Of a stretch of 34,567 nt of DNA, positions 17,539 through 30,103 are shown one piece after another; the first letter of the stretch is position 1, and every line of letters starts with the position of its first letter. The notes under the pieces were generated by a model. The model made no database searches, had not been told where the DNA came from, and worked only from the letters and a program-made list of their open reading frames with translations. The translations under genes were made by a program, and so were the position numbers. This DNA comes from Rhodospirillales bacterium (GTDB taxonomy: Bacteria; Pseudomonadota; Alphaproteobacteria; MPNO01; UBA2964): NCBI GenBank assembly GCA_002727395.1, contig PBWY01000117.1, forward strand, positions 1 through 34,567. Reading direction: 5' to 3'.

Positions 17539-17987
17539 TTTACTTCAAACCTCTCTGTGAAGAGAGAGCTGATCTTTGCAAATTTTTCAGTGCCATATAG
17601 CTTGCTGGTATCCCAAAATTTTAGGATTTTCGTGCAAGTCATTGAGTTGATGGAAGGAATCGAAAATGCTTGGTTTGTCAATGTATTTTTTTTCATTTTT
17701 GTTAATGTCTCGACTTGCTATCCTTTCTCACCCCATTTAGATTTATGCTCGGCTTCTTAATAGAAAAAAAGACGGTAAAGTAATCAATTTTAGTGTTAAG
17801 TAAAACACTAGTAATAGAATATTAAATTACAGTAAAAATTGTTTTTTTATTTACTTTTAATCTATTTCGAAGGTGGGTCCTAAATAAAAAGGGCCCCCGG
17901 GGGACGATTCGATATTTAGCTACCTTTCAATAGGAAAAAATTTTTGATTTAAGAATTTTATATTTAGGTAGACTGTTTAAAATTAAT

Positions 17988-18009
17988 TTATCCGCTACTT
18001 GGTGGATGA
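17988..18009. promoter_or_regulatory. Inverted pair of degenerate DnaA-box-like 9-mers just before the dnaA start
   Basis: TTATCCGCT (17988-17996) and GGTGGATGA (18001-18009, reverse complement TCATCCACC) each match TTATCCACA at 7 of 9 positions and face each other across 4 nt. Confidence 0.25.
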
Positions 18010-18030
18010 GTTTTGGCTGGGGAAAAAAAT

Positions 18031-19422
18031 ATGCCGGGACCGAAGCTGGATCCGAAAACTACTGCCCAATGGGCTAGGGTGCGCGGTTTTTTGAGGTCTG
18101 AGGTTGGAGATGCTTCCTACCGTAGTTGGTTGAAGCCGGTAACCTTAGTTGAAGTCAACGACGGATTTGTCAAGGTTGCGGTGCCAACACGTTTTATGCG
18201 TGATTGGGTGGTTAGTCATTATGGTGATCGGATCAGAGAGCTTTGGCAACAGGAAAATACTGACATTGAAAATATAGAGATTTTGGTCCAGACACCAACC
18301 ACAAGGGCACTGAAACGACCTGCAGATGTAAATTTATTCGTGCAAGGGGGTGGCGCAAAAGCGCCCTTACAAAAAGAAATAGGCAAAACCCGCTCCGAAA
18401 TTAGCGCCCCCATTGATCCACGTTTCAATTTTAATAATTTTGTGGTGGGTAAACCAAATGAATTAGCTCATGCGGCGGCCCGGCGAGTGGCAGATTCAGA
18501 TAGTGCGCCGTTTAATCCCCTTTTTCTATATGGTGGTGTTGGCTTGGGCAAAACACATTTAATGCATGCAATAGCTAATCATACACTACAAAAGTTTCCG
18601 GACCGTCGGGTAGTCTATCTGTCAGCAGAAAAATTTATGTTCTATTTTATTCGTGCTTTACGATTTAAGGATACGGTGACGTTCAAGGAGCATTTTAGGT
18701 CTGTTGATCTACTTATGATTGATGATGTGCAGTTTATAAATGGTAAGGAGGCAACACAGGAGGAATTTTTTCATACCTTTAATGATTTAGTTGATAATAA
18801 TCGTCAGGTAGTAATTTCCGCTGACAAATCTCCTTTGGACCTAGAAGGGATGGAGGAACGTTTGCGGTCACGTTTGGGCTGGGGATTAGTTGCCGATATT
18901 CATGCAACAAGTTTTGAGCTTCGACTTGGAATTCTTGAAGTCAAAATTGAACGCCTTGGCCTCGAAATACCTATTAAAGTAAAAGAGTTTTTGGCACATC
19001 GGATAACTTCAAATGTGCGCGAGTTAGAAGGGGCATTGAATAGGGTGGTGGCTCATGCTGAGCTCGTAGGGCGAGAAATTACTTTGGAAACTTGCCAAGA
19101 AGTGTTGCACGATATCCTTCGCGCTAATGACCGACGTGTGACAATAGAAGAAATTCAAAAGCGCGTTTCTGAACATTTTAATATCCGTGTTGCAGATATG
19201 CACTCTGCTCGCCGTGCACGCGCCGTGGCACGCCCCCGCCAAGTTGCAATGTATCTATCAAAACAGTTAACTTCTCGCTCTTTGCCCGAAATTGGTAGAA
19301 AGTTTGGAGGTAGAGACCATACAACTGTTATGCACGCTGTTAAAAAAGTCGAAGAGTTACGACATATAGATTCGGCATTCTGTGAGGATGTTGATCTTTT
19401 GAGGCGAATGTTAGAGGGATAA
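18031..19422 (+). CDS. dnaA: Chromosomal replication initiator protein DnaA
   Basis: YGGVGLGKTHLMHAI (Walker A), LLMIDDVQF (Walker B), NVRELEGALNRV (sensor), C-terminal HTH ...IGRKFGGRDHTTVMHAVKKV. ATG 18031 is preceded by GGGGA. TTG 18013 is an alternative start. Confidence 0.95.
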   Translation: MPGPKLDPKTTAQWARVRGFLRSEVGDASYRSWLKPVTLVEVNDGFVKVAVPTRFMRDWVVSHYGDRIRELWQQENTDIENIEILVQTPTTRALKRPADVNLFVQGGGAKAPLQKEIGKTRSEISAPIDPRFNFNNFVVGKPNELAHAAARRVADSDSAPFNPLFLYGGVGLGKTHLMHAIANHTLQKFPDRRVVYLSAEKFMFYFIRALRFKDTVTFKEHFRSVDLLMIDDVQFINGKEATQEEFFHTFNDLVDNNRQVVISADKSPLDLEGMEERLRSRLGWGLVADIHATSFELRLGILEVKIERLGLEIPIKVKEFLAHRITSNVRELEGALNRVVAHAELVGREITLETCQEVLHDILRANDRRVTIEEIQKRVSEHFNIRVADMHSARRARAVARPRQVAMYLSKQLTSRSLPEIGRKFGGRDHTTVMHAVKKVEELRHIDSAFCEDVDLLRRMLEG

Positions 19423-19585
19423 TCGCAGTTTTTAGCCGTTTTTTTGATTTTTAAACGTTTTTTTTTAAAGCATCTTAAACCGTGCGGCGAATACCTTGTC
19501 CTGATATAATCTTCTAGTCAGTTATATTCTTTTGGCTGGCGAAGTTATACTGGAGTTTTGATGTAAACAAAAATAATGTGACAAT

Positions 19586-20707
19586 ATGAAGTTTATGATA
19601 AATCGCGGTGCTTTATTGAAAGCATTGGCTCATGTCCAGAGTGTAGTAGAACGGCGGAATACAATTCCAATTTTGTCAAATGTTCTAATAAGAGCTCAAG
19701 ACGGAATGGTTGAATTGTCAGCTACTGACATGGATATCGTAGTTGTTGAAAAAGTGGCAGCCGATGTGACACAAGGTGGCTCGACTACTGTTGCGGCACA
19801 TACACTTTTCGATATTGTTCGAAAATTAGAAGATGGCTCTCAAATAGAACTCGGGGGTGGAGTAGAGGAAGGTCAAATTGCAATGCGTTCTGGCCGTTCT
19901 ACTTTAAAACTCGCTGCGCTTGCTAGCGAAGATTTTCCAGCAATTACAGATGATAATATGCCGAATAGCTTTGTGTTAGATGCGGGCGCATTGCGTAATT
20001 TAATAGATCGCACTCGCTTTGCAATCTCAACAGAGGAAACACGATATTATTTGAATGGCATATATCTTCATGCAGTAACAAGTACGAACGGTGAATCTGT
20101 CTTGAGAGCGGTGGCCACTGACGGTCATCGTTTGGCGCGCATGGAAATACCACTGCCCTCTGGGGCTGAAAATATTCCAGGTGTGATAGTGCCGCGAAAG
20201 ACTGTTAATGAGTTGCGTAAATTAATTGAGGAAGTTGATGATGAGATAGCAGTTCTAATGTCAGATACTAAAATTCGATTTTCAATAAATGGTATCGTTT
20301 TGAGTTCCAAACTAATTGATGGGACTTTTCCAGATTATGATCGAGTAATTCCAGAAGAAAATGACAAATTTTTAGAGGTCAGTTGTAAACGTTTCGAGCG
20401 TGCGGTTGATTTGGTGTCTACGATTTCCACCGAGAAATCGCGGGCAATAAAGCTAACTTTAGCGGCTAATAGTTTGGTTTTGTCTGCTACTAGTCCAGAG
20501 TCTGGCAGCGCTACGGAAGAATTAGAAATTGATTATAACGATGGGGATATAGAAATCGGTTTTAATTCAAAATATTTAATCGATATAACCCAGCAAATTC
20601 AGGGTAAAAAAGCCTGTTTTGCACTTTCTGATGCAGCCTCACCTACGCTTGTCACGGACGAAGAAGATGAGAACGCTCTTTATGTGCTTATGCCTATGCG
20701 TGTATAG
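19586..20707 (+). CDS. dnaN: DNA polymerase III beta sliding clamp
   Basis: MKFMINRGALLKALAHVQSVVERRNTIPILSNVLI, TRYYLNGIYLH, ATDGHRLA, LIDGTFPDYDRVIP and C-terminal YVLMPMRV. Confidence 0.93.
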   Translation: MKFMINRGALLKALAHVQSVVERRNTIPILSNVLIRAQDGMVELSATDMDIVVVEKVAADVTQGGSTTVAAHTLFDIVRKLEDGSQIELGGGVEEGQIAMRSGRSTLKLAALASEDFPAITDDNMPNSFVLDAGALRNLIDRTRFAISTEETRYYLNGIYLHAVTSTNGESVLRAVATDGHRLARMEIPLPSGAENIPGVIVPRKTVNELRKLIEEVDDEIAVLMSDTKIRFSINGIVLSSKLIDGTFPDYDRVIPEENDKFLEVSCKRFERAVDLVSTISTEKSRAIKLTLAANSLVLSATSPESGSATEELEIDYNDGDIEIGFNSKYLIDITQQIQGKKACFALSDAASPTLVTDEEDENALYVLMPMRV

Positions 20708-20772
20708 AGTGAGGGGCTGAAACGCTGTCCACATTAGAGCATGCATTTCAATTAAACGATGGGCCTCAAGCG

Positions 20773-21930
20773 ATGGCAATACGTCGATTGTCTTTGAGTA
20801 ATTTCCGTTGTTATTCTTCTTTACGTTTGACCATTGAATTTCCAATTATAGTACTTACCGGCCCTAACGGAGCAGGCAAAACAAATATTCTAGAGGCCAT
20901 ATCTTTCTTGGTTCCTGGTCGTGGATTGCGCGCAGCAAATTTGGGTGATGTCGCACTAACCGCAAGAAATACGCATAATCATATAAAAAATTGGGCGGTA
21001 TCAGCTACTGTTGCGGGCTGCGGAGGAACTTATGAATTCGGCACAGGGATTTCTCAAGAGATCCCCATGGGAAGATTAAAGAGAGCTGTAAAAATTGACG
21101 GGCAGTTGATGAAAGGGCAATCCTCACTGGGGGAGAAATTATCTGTTCTATGGCTTACTCCTGATATGCAACGCTTATTCAATGAGGGACCATCTAGCCG
21201 CCGGCGCTTTTTAGATCGATTGGTGTTTGGATTTGATCCTGCGCATGCAGGGCGATTGAAATCTTTTGATAAATCATTACGTGAAAGATCATTGTTAATT
21301 CAAAATGAGGCAGTTCTAGGGAAAAAAGCAGACCCCGACTGGCTTGATATATTAGAAAACACAATTGTCGAAAAGGGTGTGGCTATTTCAGCAGCGCGCG
21401 TCGCGTTAGTGGATCGTTTGAATCCAGCATGCGGAATGGGTATTGGGCCATTTCCGTCTGCGTCTCTTTCGGTTGTTGGAGTTTTAGAAAGTTGGTTAAG
21501 TGAAATGCCTGCTGTGGAGGCTGAGGACCTCTATCGTTCTTCTCTTAAAAAATCTCGGAAATTGGCATCGACAAATCTGGGAAAGGGAATTGGTCCTAAC
21601 TATAGTGAGTTTTTTGTTGAGCATATTTCAAAAGAAATGCCTGCGAGCCAATGTTCAACAGGAGAACAGAAAGCTTTATTGATTAGTATAGTTCTTGCAA
21701 ATGCCCGACTTCAGTCTCTTGAAAGGAACGCGATGCCGATTTTATTGCTTGATGAAATAGCGGCTCATGTTGATGAGGCAAGACGTGCGGCTCTCTTTAG
21801 TGAACTTGGGGATCTTGGCGCGCAAGCGTGGATGACAGGTGCAGACCCATCTTTTTTTACACAACTTTCAGGGTTGGCGCATAATTTTTCCATAAATAAT
21901 TCAAAGGTAACTGAAATTCCGTTCACCTAA
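20773..21930 (+). CDS. recF: DNA replication and repair protein RecF
   Basis: LSLSNFRCYSSLRL, GPNGAGKTNILEAISFL (Walker A), RRRFLDRLVF, SQCSTGEQKALLISIVLA (signature), ILLLDEIAAHVD (Walker B). Confidence 0.9.
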   Translation: MAIRRLSLSNFRCYSSLRLTIEFPIIVLTGPNGAGKTNILEAISFLVPGRGLRAANLGDVALTARNTHNHIKNWAVSATVAGCGGTYEFGTGISQEIPMGRLKRAVKIDGQLMKGQSSLGEKLSVLWLTPDMQRLFNEGPSSRRRFLDRLVFGFDPAHAGRLKSFDKSLRERSLLIQNEAVLGKKADPDWLDILENTIVEKGVAISAARVALVDRLNPACGMGIGPFPSASLSVVGVLESWLSEMPAVEAEDLYRSSLKKSRKLASTNLGKGIGPNYSEFFVEHISKEMPASQCSTGEQKALLISIVLANARLQSLERNAMPILLLDEIAAHVDEARRAALFSELGDLGAQAWMTGADPSFFTQLSGLAHNFSINNSKVTEIPFT

Positions 21931-21954
21931 ATCCTTTATTCTTTTAATGTTTAA

Positions 21955-24934
<2,980 letters not shown>

Positions 24935-25039
24935 GCTCTTATGAAACCTGTTGATTCACAAAATTAAAGGTATGTTTAAACATTGAAATTTAAATTTACA
25001 AAACTTTTAAAGTAGTACGAGTTAAGTGTAAAAAGATAA

Positions 25040-26877
25040 ATGGTAAAAAAACCTTCTAATAAAGGGCCCGAGAGTATTCCAAGCCAAGGGAAAAAAAAGT
25101 CCCTTTGGCTCAGGGCTTTGCGTTTATCTTCTCTTTTAATGCTATGGCTGGGATTAGCATTGTTAGTTTTAACTGCGTATTATGCATGGGATTTGCCAGA
25201 TGTAGATAATTATGAAAAACAAACTCGGCGACCTATTATTACAATACTTGCTGCTGACAATACGGTGATTACTACTTACGGCGATGTGTATGATAAGGCT
25301 GTGAAATTCAACGAGGTTCCTCCTTATTTAATTCAGTCAATTATAGCTACGGAAGATCGGCGTTTTTTTTCTCATATTGGTGTTGATGTTTTTGGAATGG
25401 TAAGAGCGGCATTAGCTAATGTAAGAGCTAAAAGAATAAGGCAAGGGGGAAGCACGCTGACCCAGCAGCTGGCCAAAAACTTATTTTTAACCCCAGAAAG
25501 GTCGATGCGCAGAAAAATACAGGAAATTTTGCTCGCTTTTTGGCTGGAAACCAGGTTTTCTAAGAGACAAATTATTACACTTTATCTTAATCGTGTTTAT
25601 TTGGGGGTCGGTACTTTCGGGGTGGCGGCGGCAGCAAGACGATATTTCGGTAAGTCTATAAAAAATATTAGTCTAAAGGAGGCTGCACTGCTATCGGGCT
25701 TACTAAAAGCGCCTTCACGTTATTCTCCTTTTCGTAATAAAAAACTCAGTTTGAAACGGGCCAACCAAGTCTTAACTAATATGTTCGTTGCTGGTTTTTT
25801 ATCAAAAAGCGATGTGCAGCGTGCAAAAGCGGAGGTAATTAAATTAGCAAATCAAAAAAGTGGGTCTGGTGCACGTTATTTTGCAGATTGGTTGCTTCAA
25901 CGCGCATTCGGGTTTGTAGGAAAAGGCAATCAGGATTTAATTATAAAAACTACGTTATCACCTTATTTACAAAATATCGGGGAGCAACAAGTAAGAAATT
26001 CCCTTAAGAAAGATGGAAAAGCACTAAGAGTGGGGCAGGCTGCGTTAGTATCCCTTTCTCCTGACGGAGCTATTCGGGCCATGGTTGGTGGCCGACGCTA
26101 TGCAGCTAGTCAATTTAATAGAGTTAATCAAGCATTGCGCCAACCTGGTTCTGCATTCAAGCTATTTGTTTACGTTGCTGCTCTCGAATCAGGTTTAAAA
26201 CCTAATGATATAGTTATTGACGAACCTATTTCTATCGACGGTTGGAAACCTAAAAATTATACAGGGAAATTCTTGGGACCGGTGACCCTTCGTCGAGCGC
26301 TGTCAGAGTCAATCAATACTGTTGCTGTAAAAGTGTCAGAAAAAATTGGAAGGGAAAAAGTTATAAAAGTTGCACATAAACTCGGTATTACTGCGAAACT
26401 GAAAGGGCATCCATCTATTGCCTTGGGAGTGGATGGGGTGAACCTTCTAGATTTAACTTCTGCTTATGCCTTATTTGCCAATCGGGGCTACCCAGCTTGG
26501 CCATACGGAATAATAGAGATAAGAAACAAAAAGAATGAAATACTTTACAGACGCTCTCGTGTGTTGGCTGGTCGGTTAGTACAAAAAAAATAGTAAAAGA
26601 TATAAAATCTATGTTAATTGATGTTGTTGAATCTGGAACAGGTAAAAGAGCTCGTCTCTCGGAAGTAGTTGCTGGAAAGTCCGGCACTAGCCAAGGCTTT
26701 AGAGATGCGTGGTTTATCGGCTTTACAAAAAACCTTGTGACAGGAGTTTGGGTCGGGAATGATAATTTTCTTCCGATGATAGGAGTTACCGGAGGTTCTT
26801 TGCCAGCGGATCTTTGGAAAAGATTTACTCTTAAATCTTTGAAAAGTATGCCTGCCTCAAAAAAGCCAAAACTGTGA
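25040..26877 (+). pseudogene. Class A penicillin-binding protein (transglycosylase/transpeptidase), reading frame broken at an A8 tract
   Basis: TM anchor, GT51 motifs ATEDRRFFSHIGVD and GGSTLTQQLAKNLF, transpeptidase SAFK (PGSAFKLFVY), then ...GRLVQKK-TAG at 26591-26593. The -1 frame continues IVKDIKSMLIDVVESGTGKRA...AGKSGTSQGFRDAWFIGFT...GVWVGNDN (KSG/KTG motif) to TGA 26877. Confidence 0.82.
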
Positions 26878-26938
26878 TGCAACTTTTTTAAGACATTTGA
26901 TATGCTTAACGCTTTATCACCTAAATTTTATAAGCTTA

Positions 26939-27853
26939 ATGAAAATTTCCCTGACGCCTAAAAAACTATTACCGATTGCTCTTCTAACAATGATTGGTTG
27001 TTTATGGGGTTTCTTTTTTATTCTTATCAAAAATACTGTGACGAATGGTATTCACCCTACAGCTTATGTTTTTTGGTTTTGTCTAGGGTCTGGTTTGGTA
27101 GTATTCTTGATAGGGTTGATTCGGGGGGTATATCCACCCATTACCTCTAACTATATAGCATACTATTTTCGTGCAGCCGCTTTACGGTTTACCTTTGCAA
27201 ATATGATTCTTTACGCTGCCCAGGGGAATCTGCCAGTCGGAATTATGGCGGTTATAATGGCTTTTACACCTATTTTTACGCATTTAGTAAGTTTAGTGAC
27301 AAAAGTTGAAAAATTTATCTGGTTGCGGTTGAGTGGTATATTACTGGGGTTCGGTGGTGTTCTTTTTATCCTGATACCTAAGGCATCTTTGCCCCACCCC
27401 TCGATGGCAATTTGGGTAATAATCGGGTTTGGTACGCCTTTATTACATGGTTTAGCCTATGTTTTCTTATCAAATTCTAATCGTCCACCGAAAATAGATT
27501 CACTACAATTGGCTTGTGGAACCTTGTTTGCTGCTGCTGTTATGGCGTTGCCAATTTCTCTAGCTTTAGGGGAGTTCCATGTACTTGCTCCTCCATTTAC
27601 TAATGGAGAAATTTCAATGATGTTACATTTTATTTTGGCAGGCTTTAACTTTTACGGGGTTTTTGAATTGATACGTATTTCAGGACCAACCTACATGAGT
27701 CAGTCAAGTTTCTTGTCAGTAGTTTTTGGTGTTTTTTTTGGGATTGTTTTACTGGGAGAAAAACACAGTCTTTTCGTTTGGTTTGCAATAACTTTGATCA
27801 TTTGCGGGGTTGCTCTGGTAAATGCACGTCATGAAAAATATCTGAAAAAATAA
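26939..27853 (+). CDS. DMT-superfamily (EamA-like) transporter
   Basis: About 10 predicted TM helices throughout, with two-repeat EamA-like organisation. Start placed at ATG 26939 (MKISLTPKKLL). The family call comes from topology and composition only. Confidence 0.7.
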   Translation: MKISLTPKKLLPIALLTMIGCLWGFFFILIKNTVTNGIHPTAYVFWFCLGSGLVVFLIGLIRGVYPPITSNYIAYYFRAAALRFTFANMILYAAQGNLPVGIMAVIMAFTPIFTHLVSLVTKVEKFIWLRLSGILLGFGGVLFILIPKASLPHPSMAIWVIIGFGTPLLHGLAYVFLSNSNRPPKIDSLQLACGTLFAAAVMALPISLALGEFHVLAPPFTNGEISMMLHFILAGFNFYGVFELIRISGPTYMSQSSFLSVVFGVFFGIVLLGEKHSLFVWFAITLIICGVALVNARHEKYLKK

Positions 27854-28300
27854 TCATCTGATCCAATCGATAATATGTTTATCTGGATTGAGGGTGTCAT
27901 TTTCTAAAATTGTGCGCCCCCGAACAGAAATTCCAGCGATGTGGACTGTATCCGACCTACCTGAAACTAGTGGATGCCACCAAGGAAGTTCTTTTCCTTC
28001 CGCAATTAAACGGTATGCACATGTTGAAGGCATCCAATTTAAATTTTTAATATTTTGGGCATTAAGCCCGATACAATCTGGAATCCGTCGTTGACGGTTT
28101 TGGTAATCTTTACATTTACAGGTTTTAGTATTTAAAAGCTTACAGGCAATATTTGTATAGGCAATTTCTTTAGTATCAATATCCTCTAATTTTAACATGC
28201 AGCAGCGTGCACAACCGTCACACAATGACTCCCATTCTTCTTGGCTTAATTCGGTAAGGCTTTTTTCTTTCCAAAAAGATTTTTGGTGTTTTTTTTGCAT
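27854..28300 (-). CDS. ycgN: UPF0260/YcgN-family cysteine-cluster protein
   Basis: FWKEKSLTELSQEEWESLCDGCARCCMLKLED...AYTNIACKLLNTKTCKCKDYQNR...CAYRL...LPWWHPLVSG matches the YcgN pattern. Its stop abuts the DMT gene stop with no spacer. Confidence 0.8.
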   Translation of the reverse strand: MQKKHQKSFWKEKSLTELSQEEWESLCDGCARCCMLKLEDIDTKEIAYTNIACKLLNTKTCKCKDYQNRQRRIPDCIGLNAQNIKNLNWMPSTCAYRLIAEGKELPWWHPLVSGRSDTVHIAGISVRGRTILENDTLNPDKHIIDWIR

Positions 28301-28306
28301 TTTACA

Positions 28307-28906
28307 TTAAAGCCTTTTAGCTAATACTTTTGCTATCGCACTTGGATCAGTCTGATGATTAAAGTGAGTAATATAATTACCATTTTTACCCATCAAGAAT
28401 ATTATTGATGAATGGTCCATTAAATAGTTTTCTGGTTCTTTCTTGTCTTTATCTGGAAATATTTTTGCAAAATAAACCCGGTATGTTTTTGCTATAGTCT
28501 TCAAAATTTCTTGACTACCCGTCAAACCTAAAAAGGTGGGGTGAAAATTTTTAACATACATTTTAAGGTGGGACGGATTATCCCGCATGGGGTCGATAGA
28601 TATAAATATGGGTTGAATTTTCTTCGAATTATCCCCCAATGCATTTAACGCTGATCCCATTATCTGAAGTGCTGTTGGACAGACGTCTGGACAATAGCTA
28701 TAGCCAAAGTAGATCAGCATAAATTTTCCTTTAAATTCCGCACTTTTTCTAATTTTCCCATTGTGGTCGATTAATTCGAAGGGGCCGCCGATTTTATTAA
28801 GTTTGCGTCCATCGGGTGATAACAAACCGAACTGCCAAACAATCAGTATTGAAGCGAGGATTGCTATCGCCGCAAAAGCAGCTATCCTGAATGCGGATAG
28901 GTTCAT
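28307..28906 (-). CDS. senC: SCO1/SenC/PrrC copper chaperone (thioredoxin fold)
   Basis: N-terminal TM anchor, GGPFELIDHNGK, FGYSYCPDVCP (CxxxC copper motif), FISIDPMRD and DHSSIIFLM (His ligand). Confidence 0.88.
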   Translation of the reverse strand: MNLSAFRIAAFAAIAILASILIVWQFGLLSPDGRKLNKIGGPFELIDHNGKIRKSAEFKGKFMLIYFGYSYCPDVCPTALQIMGSALNALGDNSKKIQPIFISIDPMRDNPSHLKMYVKNFHPTFLGLTGSQEILKTIAKTYRVYFAKIFPDKDKKEPENYLMDHSSIIFLMGKNGNYITHFNHQTDPSAIAKVLAKRL

Positions 28907-28994
28907 TAGTAATTCCCATTTAAAGTTGCGGTAAAATGATATAACCGGTAAGTGCTATTTATACTAGTCACCAAAAATACTGATATTCAGATAA

Positions 28995-29555
28995 ATGAGA
29001 GCCTTTAGATTTATATTCTTAATTTTCTACTTTAGCAGCTATCCTGTTGCTTCTTATGGCGATATAGAGCTATTCGGCGATAACCCAATTTTTGCAGCCA
29101 TCAAAGCCAATGATTTGGAAGGGGTAAAAGCCGCTGTCAACCGAGGTGAAAAAGCAGATGTTGAGGACTTTGACGGACGTAATGCAGTTATTTATGCTGG
29201 TATTATTGGTAATGCAGATATAATTGATTTTTTGGCTGCTTTAAGAGTTTCTCTTACACACCGAGATAAACTTGGAAACTCCGCCTTATATTATGCGGTC
29301 AATCGAGGCCACGTTGATGCGGTCGAAGTATTAATATAAAAGGGTTCCCTTATAAATTCAGAAAACCGTCGCGGTATTACGCCTTTAATGATTGCTGCGA
29401 GCCAGGGCCGAGCAGAAATTGTTCAAATTTTACTAAAAAGCGGGGTAGATACATCTAGACGTGATTATACGGGCCGGACTGCTTTGATGTGGGCTAAGTG
29501 GAATAAGAAACAAATTATAGTTAATTTATTGCGTAATGCAGGTGTCAGGGAATAA
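28995..29555 (+). pseudogene. Secreted ankyrin-repeat protein with an in-frame TAA at 29337-29339
   Basis: Signal peptide MRAFRFIFLIFYFSSYPVASYG, then ANK repeats (GRNAVIYAGIIGNADIIDFL, GNSALYYAVNRGHVDAVEVLI*KGSLINSENRRGITPLMIAASQGRAEIVQILLKSGVDTS..., GRTALMWAKWNKKQIIVNLLRNAG). The same frame is open from 29340 to TAA 29553-29555. Confidence 0.72.
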
Positions 29556-29628
29556 TTAAGTAGTTTTTTTTACAATTAACTAACGAATGGTAGTTGGCTC
29601 AATTTTACTAAAAACAGGCAAATGCGGT

Positions 29629-30096
29629 ATGTTAGAAAAACACCTTCTAATAATTGCTCACGCCCCTTCTGAGAACACTAAGTCATTATTAGATTCTACC
29701 ACTAGGGGCGCAAAATCTGTAAAAAGTGACTCCGTAAAAATATCAACTAGGACACCCTTCGAGGCTGAAGAAAATGATATATGCGGTTCTCAGGGTATAA
29801 TTCTGCTGACGACTGAAAACCTCGGGTATATGAGTAGGGCATTAAAAGATTTTTTTGATAGAGTTTATTATCCTTGTTTGGAAAAAACTCAAGGGTTGCC
29901 TTATTCACTAATCATACGTGCGGGACATGATGGCACTGGAACTATACGGGCTGTAGAAACAATAACTAACGGATTGCGTTGGAGGAAAGTGCAAGAGCCA
30001 CTGACTTGTCGAGGGAAATGGCAATCGGCTTTCAATAATCAATGTAAAGAATATGGAGCAGCGATGGCCGCTGGTTTAGACTTAGGTATTTTTTAA
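29629..30096 (+). CDS. Flavodoxin-like fold / NAD(P)H-dependent FMN reductase-like protein
   Basis: LLIIAHAPSENTKSL..., GIILLTTENLGYMSRALKDFFDRVYYP and IIRAGHDGTG resemble small flavodoxin-family oxidoreductases. Start set at ATG 29629. Confidence 0.6.
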   Translation: MLEKHLLIIAHAPSENTKSLLDSTTRGAKSVKSDSVKISTRTPFEAEENDICGSQGIILLTTENLGYMSRALKDFFDRVYYPCLEKTQGLPYSLIIRAGHDGTGTIRAVETITNGLRWRKVQEPLTCRGKWQSAFNNQCKEYGAAMAAGLDLGIF

Positions 30097-30103
30097 ATAA
30101 AAT

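Noticed and set aside
17557-17760. 67-aa ORF in the rpsT-dnaA spacer.
   Set aside because: It has a GTG start inside the post-rpsT hairpin, no RBS, and a low-complexity Phe/Val/Asn-rich translation typical of AT-rich non-coding DNA. I recognise no motif.
17891-17903. GGGCCCCCGGGGG as a rho-independent terminator.
   Set aside because: The palindrome has no loop, so at most about 3 bp could pair as an RNA hairpin. No gene ends nearby on either strand. It is kept only as a curiosity within the spacer finding.
17539-18030. Calling the rpsT-dnaA spacer (or the 163-nt dnaA-dnaN spacer, 19423-19585) the chromosomal origin oriC.
   Set aside because: Scanning by eye gave no 8/9 or 9/9 match to TTATCCACA. 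There are only two 7/9 sites at the dnaA RBS and no cluster of boxes next to an AT-rich unwinding repeat. Alphaproteobacterial origins are also often located away from dnaA. I report it only as an unusual spacer.
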